NCBI GenBank assembly: GCA_004431415.1
Contig: QPMI01000306.1
Coordinates: 4,203 to 68,202, forward strand
DNA: 64,000 nt
Direction of reading: 5' to 3'
Source: Cyanophora paradoxa CCMP329
Lineage: Eukaryota > Plantae > Glaucophyta
Below the pieces are notes generated by a model. The model was given only the letters and a program-made list of their open reading frames with translations. It did not search any database and was not told the DNA's origin. Within the stretch, counting starts at the first letter, position 1. Every line of letters starts with the position of its first letter. The translations under genes were made by a program, and so were the position numbers. Positions 1 to 11,700 of the stretch are shown here, piece by piece.

Positions 1-2859
1 TCTTCTATTTTCTGGTAGATCGGAAACCTCGGGCCTTCCACTGAGTGACTGGTGGCAGGTGGGTCATCTGCCTAAGGCTAGAGCCTTGTGCATATTCCCC
101 CAGAGAGATGTGAAGTGCATCTTCCTTCTATTTTGTGGCAGATCGGAACCTGGGGCGTTGGACTGAGTGACTTGCTTTGGGAGGGTCATCTGCCTAAGGC
201 TAGCGCCTTGTGCATATTCCCCTGCGAGAGTTGGGGTGCATCTTTCTTCTATTTTCTGGCAGATTGGAAACCTGGGCCTTCGACTGAGTGACTTGCTGGT
301 GGGTGGGTCATCTGCCTAAGGCTAGCGCCTTGTGCATATTCTCCCAGAGAGATTTGAAGTGCATCCTTCTTCTATTTTCTGGTAGATCGGGAACCTGGGG
401 CCTTCCACTGAGTGACTGGTGGCAGGTGGGTCATCTGCCTAAGGCTAGAGCCTTGTGCATATTCCCCCAGAGAGAAGTGAAGTGCATCTTTCTTCTATTT
501 TGTGGCAGATCGGAGCCTGGGGCGTTGCATTGAGTGACTTGCTGGTGGGTGGGTCATCTGCCTAAGGCTAGCGCCTTGTGCATATTCCCCCTGCGAGATT
601 TGGGGTGCATCTTTCTAGCGCCTTGTGCATATTCCCCCAGAGAGAAGTGAAGTGCATCTTTCTTCTATTTTGTGGAAGATCGGAGCCTGGGGCGTTGCAT
701 TGAGTGACTTGCTTTTGGGAGGGTCATCTGCCTAAGGCTAGCGCCTTGTGCATATTCCCCCAGAGAGATTTGAAGTGCATCCTTCTTCTATTTTCTGGTA
801 GATCGGAAACCTCGGGCCTTCCACTGAGTGACTGGTGGCAGGTGGGTCATCTGCCTTAGGCTAGAGCCTTGTGCATATTCCCCCAGAGAGATGTGAAGTG
901 CATCTTTCTTCTATTTTGTGGCAGATCGGAACCTGGGGCGTTGGACTGAGTGACTTGCTTTTGGGAGGGTCATCTGCCTAAGTCTAGCGCCTTGTGCATA
1001 TTCCCCCAGAGAGATTTGAAGTGCATCCTTCTTCTATTTTCTGGTAGATCGGAAACCTCGGGCCTTCCACTGAGTGACTGGTGGCAGGTGGGTCATCTGC
1101 CTAAGGCTAGAGCCTTGTGCATATTCCCCCAGAGATGTGAAGTGCATCTTTCTTCTATTTTGTGGCAGATCGGAACCTGGGGCGTTGGACTGAGTGACTT
1201 GCTTTTGGGAGGGTCATCTGCCTAAGGCTAGCGCCTTGTGCATATTCCCCCAGAGAGATTTGGGGTGCATCTTTCTTCTATTTTGTGGCAGATCGGAAAC
1301 CTGGGGCCTTCGACTGAGTGACTTGCTGGTGGGTGGGTCATCTGCCTAAGGCTAGCGCCTTGTGCATATTCCCCCAGAGAGATTTGAAGTGCATCCTTCT
1401 TCTATTTTCTGGCAGATCGGAAACCTGGGGCCTTCCACTGAGTGACTGGTGGCAGGTGGGTCATCTGCCTAAGGCTAGAGCCTTGTGCATATTCCCCCAG
1501 AGAGATTAGAAGTGCATCTTTCTTCTATTTTGTGGCAGATCGGAGCCTGGGGTGTTGCATTGAGTGACTTGCTTTTGGGAGGGTCATCTGCCTAAGGCTA
1601 GCGCCTTGTGCATATCCCCCCAGAGAGATTTGGGGTGCATCTTTTTCTTTTTTGTCACAAATCAGAAACCTGGGGCCTTCGACTGAGTGACTTGCTGGTG
1701 GGTGGGTCATCTGCCTAAGGCTAGCGCCTTCTACATATCCCCCCAGAGAGGTTTGGGGTGAATCTTTCTTCTATTTTGTGGCAGATCGGAAACCTGGGGA
1801 GTTGGACTGAGTGACTTGCTGGTGGGTGGGTCCTCTGCCTAAGGCTAGCGCCTTGTGCATATTCCCCCAGAGAGAAGTGAAGTGCATCTTTCTTCTATTT
1901 TGCGGCGGATCAGAAACCTCGGGCCTTCCACTGAGTGACTTGGTGGTGGGTGGGTCATCTGCCTAAGGCTAGCGCCTTGTGCATATTCCCCCAGAGAGAT
2001 TAGAAGTGCATCTTCCTTCTATTTTGTGGCAGATCGGAAACCTGGGGCGTTGGACTGAGTGACTTGTTTTTGCGAGGGTCATCTGCCTAAGGCTAGCGCC
2101 TTGTGCATATTCCCCCAGAGAGATTTGGGGTGAATCTTTTTCTTTTTTGCCACAGATCGGAAACCTGGGGAGTTGGACTGAGTGACTTGCTGCTGGGTGG
2201 GTCATCTGCCTAAGGCTAGCACCTTGTACATATCCCCCTGGAGAGATTTGGGGTGCATCTTTCTTCTATTTTGCGGCAGATCGGAAACCTGGGGCGTTGG
2301 ACTGAGTGACTTGCTGGTGGGTGGGTCATCTGCCTAAGGCTAGCGCCTTGTGGATATTTTCCCAGAGAGATTTGGGGTGCATCTTTCTTCTATTTTGTGG
2401 CAGATTGGAAACCTGGGGCGTTGGACTGAGTGACTTGGTGGTGGGTGGGTCATCTGCCTAAGGCTAGCGCCTTGTGGATATTTTTTCAGAGAGATTTGGG
2501 GTGCATCTTTCTTCTATTTTGTGGCAGATCGGAAACCTGGGGCCTTGGAGGGAGTGACTTGGTGGCGGGTGGGTCATCTGCCTAAGGCTAGCGCCTTGTG
2601 CATATTCCCCCAGAGAGATTTGGGGTGCATCTTTCTTCTTTTTGTCACAGATCAGAAACCTGGGGCCTTCGACTGAGTGACTTGCTGGTGGGTGGGTCCT
2701 CTGCGCTAGCCTTAGGAAGATGAACCCACCCACCACTAGGGCCTTCGAATGAGTGACTTGCTGGTGGGTGGGTCATCTCCCTAAGGCTAGCGCCTTGTGC
2801 ATATTCCCCCAGAGAGATTTGGGGTGCATCTATCTTCTTTTTTCTGGCAGATTGGAACC
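1..2859 (+). repeat. 124-bp satellite array (Sat124)
   Basis: Tandem unit CCTAAGGCTAGCGCCTTGTGCATATTCCCCCAGAGAGATTTGGGGTGCATCTTTCTTCTATTTTGTGGCAGATCGGAAACCTGGGGCCTTCGACTGAGTGACTTGCTGGTGGGTGGGTCATCTG; CCTAAGG recurs at 1221 and 1345 (124 bp). Contains a short inverted patch at ~2704-2734. Confidence 0.98.
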
Positions 2860-2909
2860 CTGCCCCTGCCCCTCCTTCGGTGATGCTGTTTTCCCTGCCT
2901 CGGTTTCTT

Positions 2910-3558
2910 TCCAAGCCTACGACGGTACACAGCACGAATAGTGTCGCTTGACGAGGCCAGTGTTCAAGAAAGCATTTCAGATCGTTCCAAAAGAAAGAAA
3001 GAGAGATTTAGAGAGATTCCAAAAGGAAAGAAAAGAGACAACTCCGCAAACTCAAGGGATTCCACGGAAAACGGAGGTATCACAAGCAAACGACCTCGGC
3101 CAGCCGGCCAAGAGCGGACAGAGCTTCGAAAATGAGATCCATGAGTGAATCGCGATGCAACAAGCTTATGTTCTCCGCAAAATGGCGGAATCGACAATGA
3201 AAGGTCGCAGTGCGCAAATCGCTGCAGAACGCACTGTCAGCCTATACGCAATCAGAAGAACGATGCGCAGACGCTGTGAGACCGCTGTGTCGAACACTTT
3301 GCGTCGAACATTCCACCGCTGCCACGAAATACAATGGCTTCCGGCGGCAGCCCCGCTGAAAAGAAGCTGCTAGAAGCTATACGATGGGTTCTAAGCCACT
3401 TCCGCACACGGCGCAGTGCCGTGCCGGGACGCACATGCACACACGCGTAATATCCGCGTATGATTGAATGACATACACCTACACGAGGGACGGGGTATCA
3501 CTAACGTACATGCTACATTCGCTACGGCGAAAGGGAAGGGGAACTACGCTTCGCAACA
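2910..3558 (-). mobile_element. Ty3/Gypsy family B 5' LTR (~3330-3558) plus leader
   Basis: Near-identical to 31590-32218. On the minus strand it starts TGTTGCGAAGCGTAGTTC and is followed by a PBS. Confidence 0.8.
3313..3324 (-). promoter_or_regulatory. Primer binding site, tRNA-Leu-like (family B)
   Basis: Minus strand TGGCAGCGGTGG is complementary to the ...CCACCGCTGCCA 3' end known for eukaryotic tRNA-Leu; lies just inside the LTR. Confidence 0.7.
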
Positions 3559-5647
3559 ATTACTCTCAATGAGTTCTTGAAGCGGCAGTCGTTGTCGGTC
3601 GCTCGCGCTTTCCCTTTCCCTTCCTTGGATGCTTTTCCATCTTCTTCTATTTCTTCTCCTTCTTCTGGTCCCGATGTTACCCTTGTCAAAGAGAATGATC
3701 CCATTATCCATGAGGTTGCTTCAGTGGAAATTCGCCCAGACATTCATCCTGGCTATGGTCAAGCGCATTCGCGTGGAATTAATAACAAATTGAATGATTC
3801 AAAAAGTGCTAGTAGAGTAGTGGTAGTTAGTGGAAATCGTGAAAATTAAGGATGTTTTGGATGACTCGAAAAGTGCTAGTAGAGTAGTGGTAGTTAGTGG
3901 AAATCGTGGAAAATTGGAACAGAAGTCCCTTTCGAATTTCTTTTCTGATGAGCTGCGATGGAAACGAGATGCCCCTGCTAGAAAGCATTTTATGTCATCT
4001 ACAAATAATTCGAAGCCGGTTTCCCTGAAGTTGTCTTTTGATGATAATGGCCGAGCCTCAATTGAAATTTGTTCTCTGGACTCCCAGAGCCCTCCTGCTG
4101 AGCCTGCATTCGCAGGGCCGCGTCGCTTCATGACCTCAGCTCTGGGGAGGTCAACTCTGGACGTTGTCATTCAGGGAAAACATCACAAATTCCTTCTTGA
4201 CAGCGGGGCAGATGTCTCTTTCATTCTTTCTTCTACTATCTCTTCTCTTGGACTTCAAAATAAGGTGTTTAGAACTATTCACACTCCTTCTGTCAAGCTC
4301 CCGAATTCAGCATTGGTGGCTGTTCCTGGTGAGGTTCATGTGGCTGCTACTATTGGGCCCCTCACCCGGAGTTTTCCCTTTCTTGTGGTTGATTTCCCGG
4401 GATACGCATTCGATGGCATCTTAGGCCAAGATTTCTTTTCTGATAATGGAGTCACCTATTGCAATAAGGACGCTGATAACCGATTTGTGGTCTTCGCCAA
4501 GCACCCAGACAAGCCAGTTAAGTGTGGAATTCTCTCTTTCTTACCTGGCACCTCTACGCAGCCGAGTTCTCTGTCGCCGGAGACACCGAAATCTGACCCC
4601 TTGGACGACTCCAGCATTCGCAGAGTGTCCAAGGAGCATGGTCATATTCTGGAGGTTGCAAGGGAGGTTAAAATTGAACCTGGTGTGCAACGGAAAGTTG
4701 AACTGCAAATCGGAGGCAACCGCTATTTGCCGGATTGTGAAGGTTTTCTTGTCAACTTCTACAAATGGGACGACAATCAGGAGGTCCGTGTGGCAAACGG
4801 GCTTGCTGCGTGTCGTGGAGGCAAAGTGTATGCTTTAGTTCCGAATTTGAGCAATCGTTTTTCTGAGAAACCAGTTGTTTTGAAGAAGGGCCGTGCAATC
4901 GCACGATTTGTCCCTGAGAAAAATCTCGAAGCTGAAGTTTTTGACTTGGCTCTTAATTTGAGTTATGATCAAGATGGGAACGGCAAGTATGTAAAGGTCG
5001 ACCGGCCTGGCGAGGTTCCGTCGCCTTTGTGCACAACATACTCTGCTCAGTACACTTGCGCAGACTCATCGCAAGTCAACTCTGCCGATGCCAAAAATGT
5101 TGACAATTCTTTCGTGGAAATCGCGCCTCCAAAACGTTCACCGGAGTCCGAGAATGCTTCGAAAAATGTTTTTGATAGTGTAGGTCTTCCCGAGTGTTCA
5201 TACCCATATGAGGAGAAGTTAGGTAGTTTTTCGCATTTGAACGCTGTTCCGATCAAGCTTCGACTGTTATTTTCGATGAGTTGCGGCAACGGTATGGCGC
5301 CGACATCGTTGATGCTCTCCGAGCCGTCGACATTGGCAGTCGGGATGATACGCCTGCGGAGCGTGCTGTCATGGCTGACTTCCTCGCACAGAACTGGGAC
5401 TTGGCCAAGGCTGCACTACCTCCGTACGACCCGAGTGCGCCTCTGGGGACGCCCGCCCCATCGCGGAGCCCCCTCGGAGGCACTCGCAGACTGAACGAGA
5501 ATTAATTATCGATGAGACCAAAAAGTTGCTTTCTCGCAATCTTATTCGTCCCTCTCGCTCACCTTGGGCCGCTCCTGTGGTCCTTGTGCGCAAGAAGGAT
5601 GGATCTCTTCGATTTTGCATTGATTATCGCAAATTGAATTCAGTTAC
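3559..5647 (+). pseudogene. Family B pol fragment: aspartic protease, dUTPase-like domain, start of RT
   Basis: ORF 3830-5494 has FLLDSGAD. Downstream frames give [35 protein letters not shown]. Frameshifted, with a local duplication at ~3795-3910. Confidence 0.92.
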
Positions 5648-5650
5648 TGC

Positions 5651-6058
5651 CATCTGTGTAATGCTAGCACCTTGTGCATATTCCCCCAGAGAGATTTGGG
5701 GTGCATCTTTCTTCTATTTTGTGGCGGATAAGAAACCTGGGGCCTTCCACTGAGTGACTTGCTGGAGGGTGGGTTCATCTGCCTGAGGCTAGCGCCTTGT
5801 GCATATTCCCCCAGAGAGATTTGGGGTGCATCTTTCTTCTATTTTGTGGCAGATTGGAAAACTGGGGCCTTTGACTGAGTGACCTGCTGGTGGGTGGGTC
5901 ATCTGCGTGATGCTAGCACCTTTTGCATATTCCCCCAGAGAGATTTGGGGTGCATCTTTCTTCTATTTTGTGGCAGATCGGAAACCTGGGGGATTTGACT
6001 GAGTGACTTGCTGGTGGGTGGGTCATCTGCCTGAGGCTAGCACCTTGTGCATATTCCC
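5651..6058 (+). repeat. Sat124 short array (~3 units)
   Basis: Same unit as 1-2859. Confidence 0.95.
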
Positions 6059-6312
6059 TGGCTTGCCAGCGAAGGGGACCTGGCCGGTTTCCGGCGGCTT
6101 GCCAGCCAAAGAGCCAGCCAGCCGTACCAGCCGTACCTCTCAGAGGCTGCCGCAGTGCCAGGTACGTACTACGTACTACTTGCAGCAGTCTACTGTGACA
6201 GTAGTACTGTCTACGCAGACTCTACGGCGCTCTACATATACTCTATGCGTATACGTATACGTACGGCTGCGCGGGAGTTTGAATTCGAATTCAAACTTCG
6301 AAGGCAGATCTA

Positions 6313-6675
6313 GGCCGTATTTCGCTGTCGGGGATTTGTATGGGAGCCGCGCTACGTAAGGACTACGTAGTTAAAACATGATGGTGATGTCACGTTTTGC
6401 ATGATGTCAGGTTAATTTCGAAGTAATTTCGAGTCTCGACGTAGCTTACGCGGGCGCTAATTCTTTACGATTAGCGCCCGTCATCGTAAGCTACGTTCTT
6501 AGGATTTCTAGTGAAACAGCCAATGGAAAGCCAGTAGCGGACGGGTACGCAAAGTACCAAGACAGTACGAGCTTGGAGCAAGCGGCACCGAGGCGGCACT
6601 TGCATCATCATGGCATCATACTTTTTTCCCCGTTGTTAATTTTCACTACGTAGTAGGCGACAGCGAAATACGGCC
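6313..6675. mobile_element. MITE, PIF/Harbinger (Tourist)-like, 363 bp
   Basis: Perfect 18-bp TIRs GGCCGTATTTCGCTGTCG (6313-6330) / CGACAGCGAAATACGGCC (6658-6675); 3-bp TSD CTA on both sides; no coding capacity. Confidence 0.85.
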
Positions 6676-6691
6676 CTAGAGCACGGACGCC

Positions 6692-7057
6692 ATGACTCCC
6701 ATGAGCGGGTGCGGGAAGGCAGCGTCGGCAGCCGCCAGCGGCAAGGCCAAAGTGCAGTCGAAGCCGACGAAGGAGAAGATGCTCAACTTCTTAGCCGGCC
6801 GCCGTTTTGCGGTGTCGGCGTCCAGCAAAGGCGGCGCCTCGTCCAGCAGCGGCGATGCCTCGCGGCCCGCCGAGTCCGTTGCGAAGAAGGCGAAGGTGGG
6901 CAACGCGCGAGCCGCCCGCGAAGCCGCCGAGCTGGGCCCGTTCGTGCCCTACAGCGACGATGAGTGGGACGCCTGGCTGAGGATGCTGAAGGACGGCTGG
7001 TACTGGATTCACAGCCGCATGGGCAAGTGCGGCAGCGTAGAGTACATCAGCTGCCAG
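6692..7057 (+). pseudogene. Probable first exon of the hAT transposase (basic N-terminus, start of BED-finger-like segment)
   Basis: Reads ...WYWIHSRMGKCGSVEYISCQ, followed by a GTAGGT donor-like site; same strand and GC-rich codon style as the downstream hAT exons. Confidence 0.4.
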
Positions 7058-7250
7058 GTAGGTGACTGTCAGCGCGCGGAGCCGCGGGTCATCTACCGGT
7101 ATCGGACAGCAGGCGGCAACTGCTCAGCATCGTCCGTGTGAGGCCCTTGTATACCCCAAAATGGACGACTCGGAAATCCATTATCCTGCGGCGAAACCGA
7201 GCTACTCGGGGGGCGTACAGGAACTGTTAAGCAGCTGGCCCAGACTGTAG

Positions 7251-7517
7251 CAGCGCCGCGCCAGGAGAGCGCAGGGCACGTATCGGAAGCACTAGGCGGG
7301 TAGCTGGGCGCGCTGGCTAGCTCCCCGGCGCCCGCACCGCCGACCAACCCGACACCCTGCCTTCCGCGCGGTCGCACGCACCGCGCGGCGAGCCTGGCCT
7401 AGTCTGGCCGCTGGCAGCACGTCCTATATGTTCCAGCCGGCACGTAGCTAGCTACAGCCAGCACCGTGGACGCTCCGCGCCTTGCGAACGGCCGACCTGC
7501 GCGGCTTCGGTGACTGC
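7251..7517 (+). repeat. ~270-bp GC-rich interspersed repeat; second copy inverted at 40557-40824
   Basis: Direct alignment, e.g. GGCACGTAGCTAGCTACAGCCAGCACC; ORF track shows AVTEAAQVGRSQG..RPRCWL at both loci. Confidence 0.85.
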
Positions 7518-7828
7518 GGGCGATCCGTCGCTCCCGGTGCCGCTGTATCGCTTCCGAAGGTGCCACATGCATGCTTCTGGGCCTATACGATGCCCAACAT
7601 GCGTTTGCGGTCCACTGGCGGCGCCTCCTCTGACCGCGGCCGCAGTGTGCTCGGGAGAGCGCGGGGCGCTTCGCGGGGGCGAGCATGGTGCGACGCCGTC
7701 AGCCAGAACAGCGTTCTGCACAACTAAGAGCATCGTTTGCCGTCACAGAACATGTCCGCACTCGCTGGCGCGGCGTGCCGCTGTCCAGAACCGCAGGAGC
7801 CTGCGCCGGGCCGCCCCCGAGCTCATCG

Positions 7829-8140
7829 GACGCGAGGGGACGACGCCGCGACGCCGCCGACGCCTCCAGCCCACGCCGAGCCCGCCCGTGCAGCCCCGCC
7901 CGTGCTCCCCGCCCGCCCGCCGCGTCCGCCGCCGCAGGAGGCCGCGCGGCGCCGCCACGGGGCGCCCCGACGCGAGGGGACGACGCCGCGACGCCGCTGA
8001 CGCCTCCAGCCCACGCCGAGCCCGCCCGTGCAGCCCCGCCTGCGCCCCCCGCCCGCCCGCCGCGCGCCCCGCCGCAGGAGGCCGCGCGGTGCCTCCGCCA
8101 GGATGCGAGGGGACGACGCCAGGATGCGGCCGACGCCGCA
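7829..8140 (+). repeat. GC-rich tandem repeat, ~140-bp unit, ~2.3 copies
   Basis: CGCGAGGGGACGACGCC at 7831 and 7971, with a variant at ~8104. Confidence 0.85.
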
Positions 8141-8751
8141 GCTTAGCCACGTAGCTTAGTGTAGCTTTGCTTTCTCGCCTCAGAGGCCCGCGAGCGCTCT
8201 ATTTAGCCTATATTTTGTTTCAAAAGCATGTAAATGACTTATATTCTCTGCCCTGAGCGCTGCATGCAACTGGGCGCGCGAGGATCACTCAGGAGACATC
8301 TGGGGCTCCAATTTCCAGTAGTTCTTGAATACGGACCCAGGCTTTGATCGGCGGCCTTCGGTACCGCCACCATCGTCTTCAGCACCCTCGAAAACCCCCG
8401 GGGACGTGAAATCGCCACTTCTGAGTGAGTTGATGCTTCAATCAGGCATCATGAGCAGGTCGGGGTGGCATTTTGGAACTTGAAAACTGAGAAGTCCCCG
8501 AGAGGGTCCTACGAGTAAGATTCAAGAGACCGGTCCGGCTCAAAAACACTTCGGATCACCCTGTATCTTGGTGCAGTGACATAACTACATGTGATAATGA
8601 TTCTGGCTCAAAGAGTGATCTAGTGACTACTCTCAACAGGTTCGAGCACGGGCAGCATCCGCTGATGCACACATAGTGGAATTGACACACACACTGCACA
8701 CGCCTAATGATTGACTAACTCTCCCCGGGGGGGGGAAGTACAACGCGAAGG

Positions 8752-11700
8752 CATCAAGAATGGTAATTAAATACATGTTGCCACGCCGTGAGCGTTTGAA
8801 AGGGCCAACAATGTCAATCTCAACGTGTTGCATTGGACCCTCTGCGAATATCTTGGAGGTGGGAACTTCAGTCTTGACTCGAACTGCCTTGATCCTCTTG
8901 CAATCCTCACAATTCGAGACGAAGTTACCAATGTCAGCATACATTCCAGTCCAATGATAGCGTTGCCTAAGGTTCTCGCGCATTTTCCAAGCTCCAGGAT
9001 GACCCAGGGACTTGTGTGTAGACGAGAGCACAAGTTGTGTCAAATGAGAGGGAATGCAAACACGAATGTAGTCATCCCCGGCTTTCTGATAGCACAAGAC
9101 TCCATCATTAACAGTGAACTTTCCAGATTTCGCAAGTCGTTCTGCCTGGACATCAGGCCCTTGTGGCTCGACAGTCACATCAGCTTCTAGATATAGAAGT
9201 AAAGACTCCAGCAACGGATCCTTCAGCTGCTCATCACGAATTCTAGAAGGAGACAAAGTCAGAGACATTTCAACAGAGTTCAACAGCACAGAATGAGAAA
9301 CAGTCTCAATTGCAGCGACTGCCGCATGAATCATCCTAGATAGGGCATCAGCATCACGGTTCAATTTCCCTGGTTTATGCTGAACTTCAAAATCATATTC
9401 CTGCATCCCAAGTATCCATCGAGTGATACGCGCATTAGGAAGAGACTTTGCCGATCTCAAATACTGCAGTGCAGAATGATCCGATTTGATAATGAATTTT
9501 CGTCCACGCAAATACTGAGAAAACTTCTTTGTTACTGCCCACCAAATCGCATATAGTTCCTGCTCAGTGGTTGTCCATAATTGTTGTTCGGATGACAGGG
9601 GCTTTGCAGCATATTCGATGACATACTCCATTCCAGACTGCTTAAAACTGATTTGTTTTGTCCACTTCTTTTCTGCGGACGAGAATTTATGTGAAGCAAA
9701 TTGAATCGGCCTCTCTACACCATCATCATCAAGTTGAGACAACACAGCACCAACTCCAGTCTTGGATGCATCAGTCTTTAAGATAAAGGGCTTACTGAAA
9801 TCAGCAAATCGAAGAATAGGATATGTCATCAGGTACTCCTTAGCCTTTTCAAATGCAATCTGTTGATTATCACCCCAAGAAAATGGGACTTTGCTTGATG
9901 TCAAGTCCGACAAAGGAGCAGTTATAACAGCAAATAGCTCAACAAAAACACGATAATATGACACCATCCCCAAAAATGTTCTCACCTCGGAAACATTCTT
10001 AGGCACTGGGTAATTCAAGATAGCTTCAATCTTGGCCTTGGAAGGACGAAGACCTTCCCTGGTGACCTCAAATCCAAGGTATTCAGCCTTCCATTGGAAG
10101 AACAAAGATTTCTTTGGCTTGAAGAAAAGGAATGCCTTTTTCATGGCATCAAACGTCCATTGCAGATCCTTGAGATGCTGTTCAAACGACTTGCTGAAAA
10201 CACAAACATCGTCCAAATACATTAGCACAAAGATGAAAGCATAAGTGCCAAGCACACTGTTCATGAGCATTTGGAACGTGGCAGGGGCCGTTTTCAGCCC
10301 TTGTGGCATAACATTCCACTCAAACAGTCCAATAGGAGTACGGAAGGCAGTTTTGGGTTTATCCTCCTCTGCCATCTCAACATTCCAGTATCCATCAGGG
10401 CAATCCATAGGAGAAATGTAAAGGGAATTTCCCATTGCTTCGAGGGCATCATCAATTCTGGGAAGTGGGTACGCGTCATCTATTGTAACAGCATTCAGTT
10501 TCCTATAGTCAATGCAGAAGCGAAGAGTTCCATCCTTCTTCCTCACGAGCACCACTGGAGCCGCTCAAGGTGACCGAGAAGGCCGGATGAAATTGCGTTC
10601 CAACAACTTCCTGGTCTCATTAATGATCAAGTCGTTCTCATGTTGGGAGTGTCGCCGTGGGGGCTCAGCAATAGGCTTGGCATCTCCAGTATTGATATTA
10701 TGCTTAATAGGAGGGTGAGGCTCAAGAGGACTGTAATTAGGAATGCTAGGTTTAGCAGCAGAAAGGTTTCCAAGCATAAAATCATGCATAGCAGCATATT
10801 TCTCAGGCTCTTCATTCTCATCTCCAATCTTTTTAATTTCTCGCAACAATGAGGCAACTTCAGGGCCGTATCGCTGTTCAACCTCTTGATAAATAGTGTC
10901 ATGAATTTGCGAAATGGGGACGCCGTGAAACCGAGAATATTTAGAAGCATCGTAGGAGAAGGGGTTCTCAACCGAGTATGAGGGTGGTGACTCAAAACTT
11001 GGGGCCGTCTGCACCTGGACGGAGTCCGCACAACTGTAAGGCTCACCTTTGCTTTTAGAATCAGAAGCATCTGGTATAAAAGATCCATTTCCGTATTGAT
11101 CGTAGCCCAAGACAACTCCGCAGTCGTACACTTCTGGGAACAGTTGCTGCGTTTTCCCACCGACAATGCGCGGGATGAAACGAGCAATCTTCGTTCCTCT
11201 GCGCAGCACGACTGGAGGCGAATCGAAGCGATTGCTGAGATTCACCACCTGCGTATACAGCCGTCCGCCGCGGCACACGACCAAGCTGTTGACAACCCGT
11301 ATTTCGGGACTCGTAGAAGAATGACAATAATTCTCAACGTAGCCTTCGCCATCTGCGACAAATCGAAGCGCACGTAGCACGACTTTCCTCTGTTCACCAG
11401 CAGCAACTTCAACATCATCGTCCAGAACAAGCACATGTCCATGCGGTTCCAAGGAAACCTCGCAATTGCTAGATTCCTGACGAGGAACACATTCTTGTGC
11501 CTTTTCTGTCGATGCACTGTTGTCAAAGAGATTCAACTTCTTCAGATGAATCGGCTCTTCTGGAAAAGCAGAGAGGATAAGCTTCCGGTTGTCGTCATCC
11601 TTACAATCATAAGTTGCTCCATGGGTGCTGATGAAATCCTGCCCAAGAATACCATCAAAACAGTATCCAGGGAAGTCGACCACCAGCAACGGAACGCGTC

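Noticed and set aside
1290-1325. Hammerhead ribozyme in the satellite (GAAAC...CTGAGTGA)
   Set aside because: The core would need CUGANGA; here there is an extra base, and I could not build stems I-III on either strand. An Infernal search would settle it.
7399-8154. Arg/Ala/Pro-rich ORFs here and at 14075-14976 and 33856-34665
   Set aside because: GC-rich repeat sequence open in several frames, with no recognisable domain.
8535-8565. Tc1/mariner-like terminus (minus strand TACAGGGTGATCCG)
   Set aside because: No partner TIR or transposase found in the window.
10556-10570. Programmed stop-codon readthrough between PR and RT in family A
   Set aside because: The TGA replaces the conserved Trp of SPWAAP, which is TGG in families B and D; a simple nonsense mutation.
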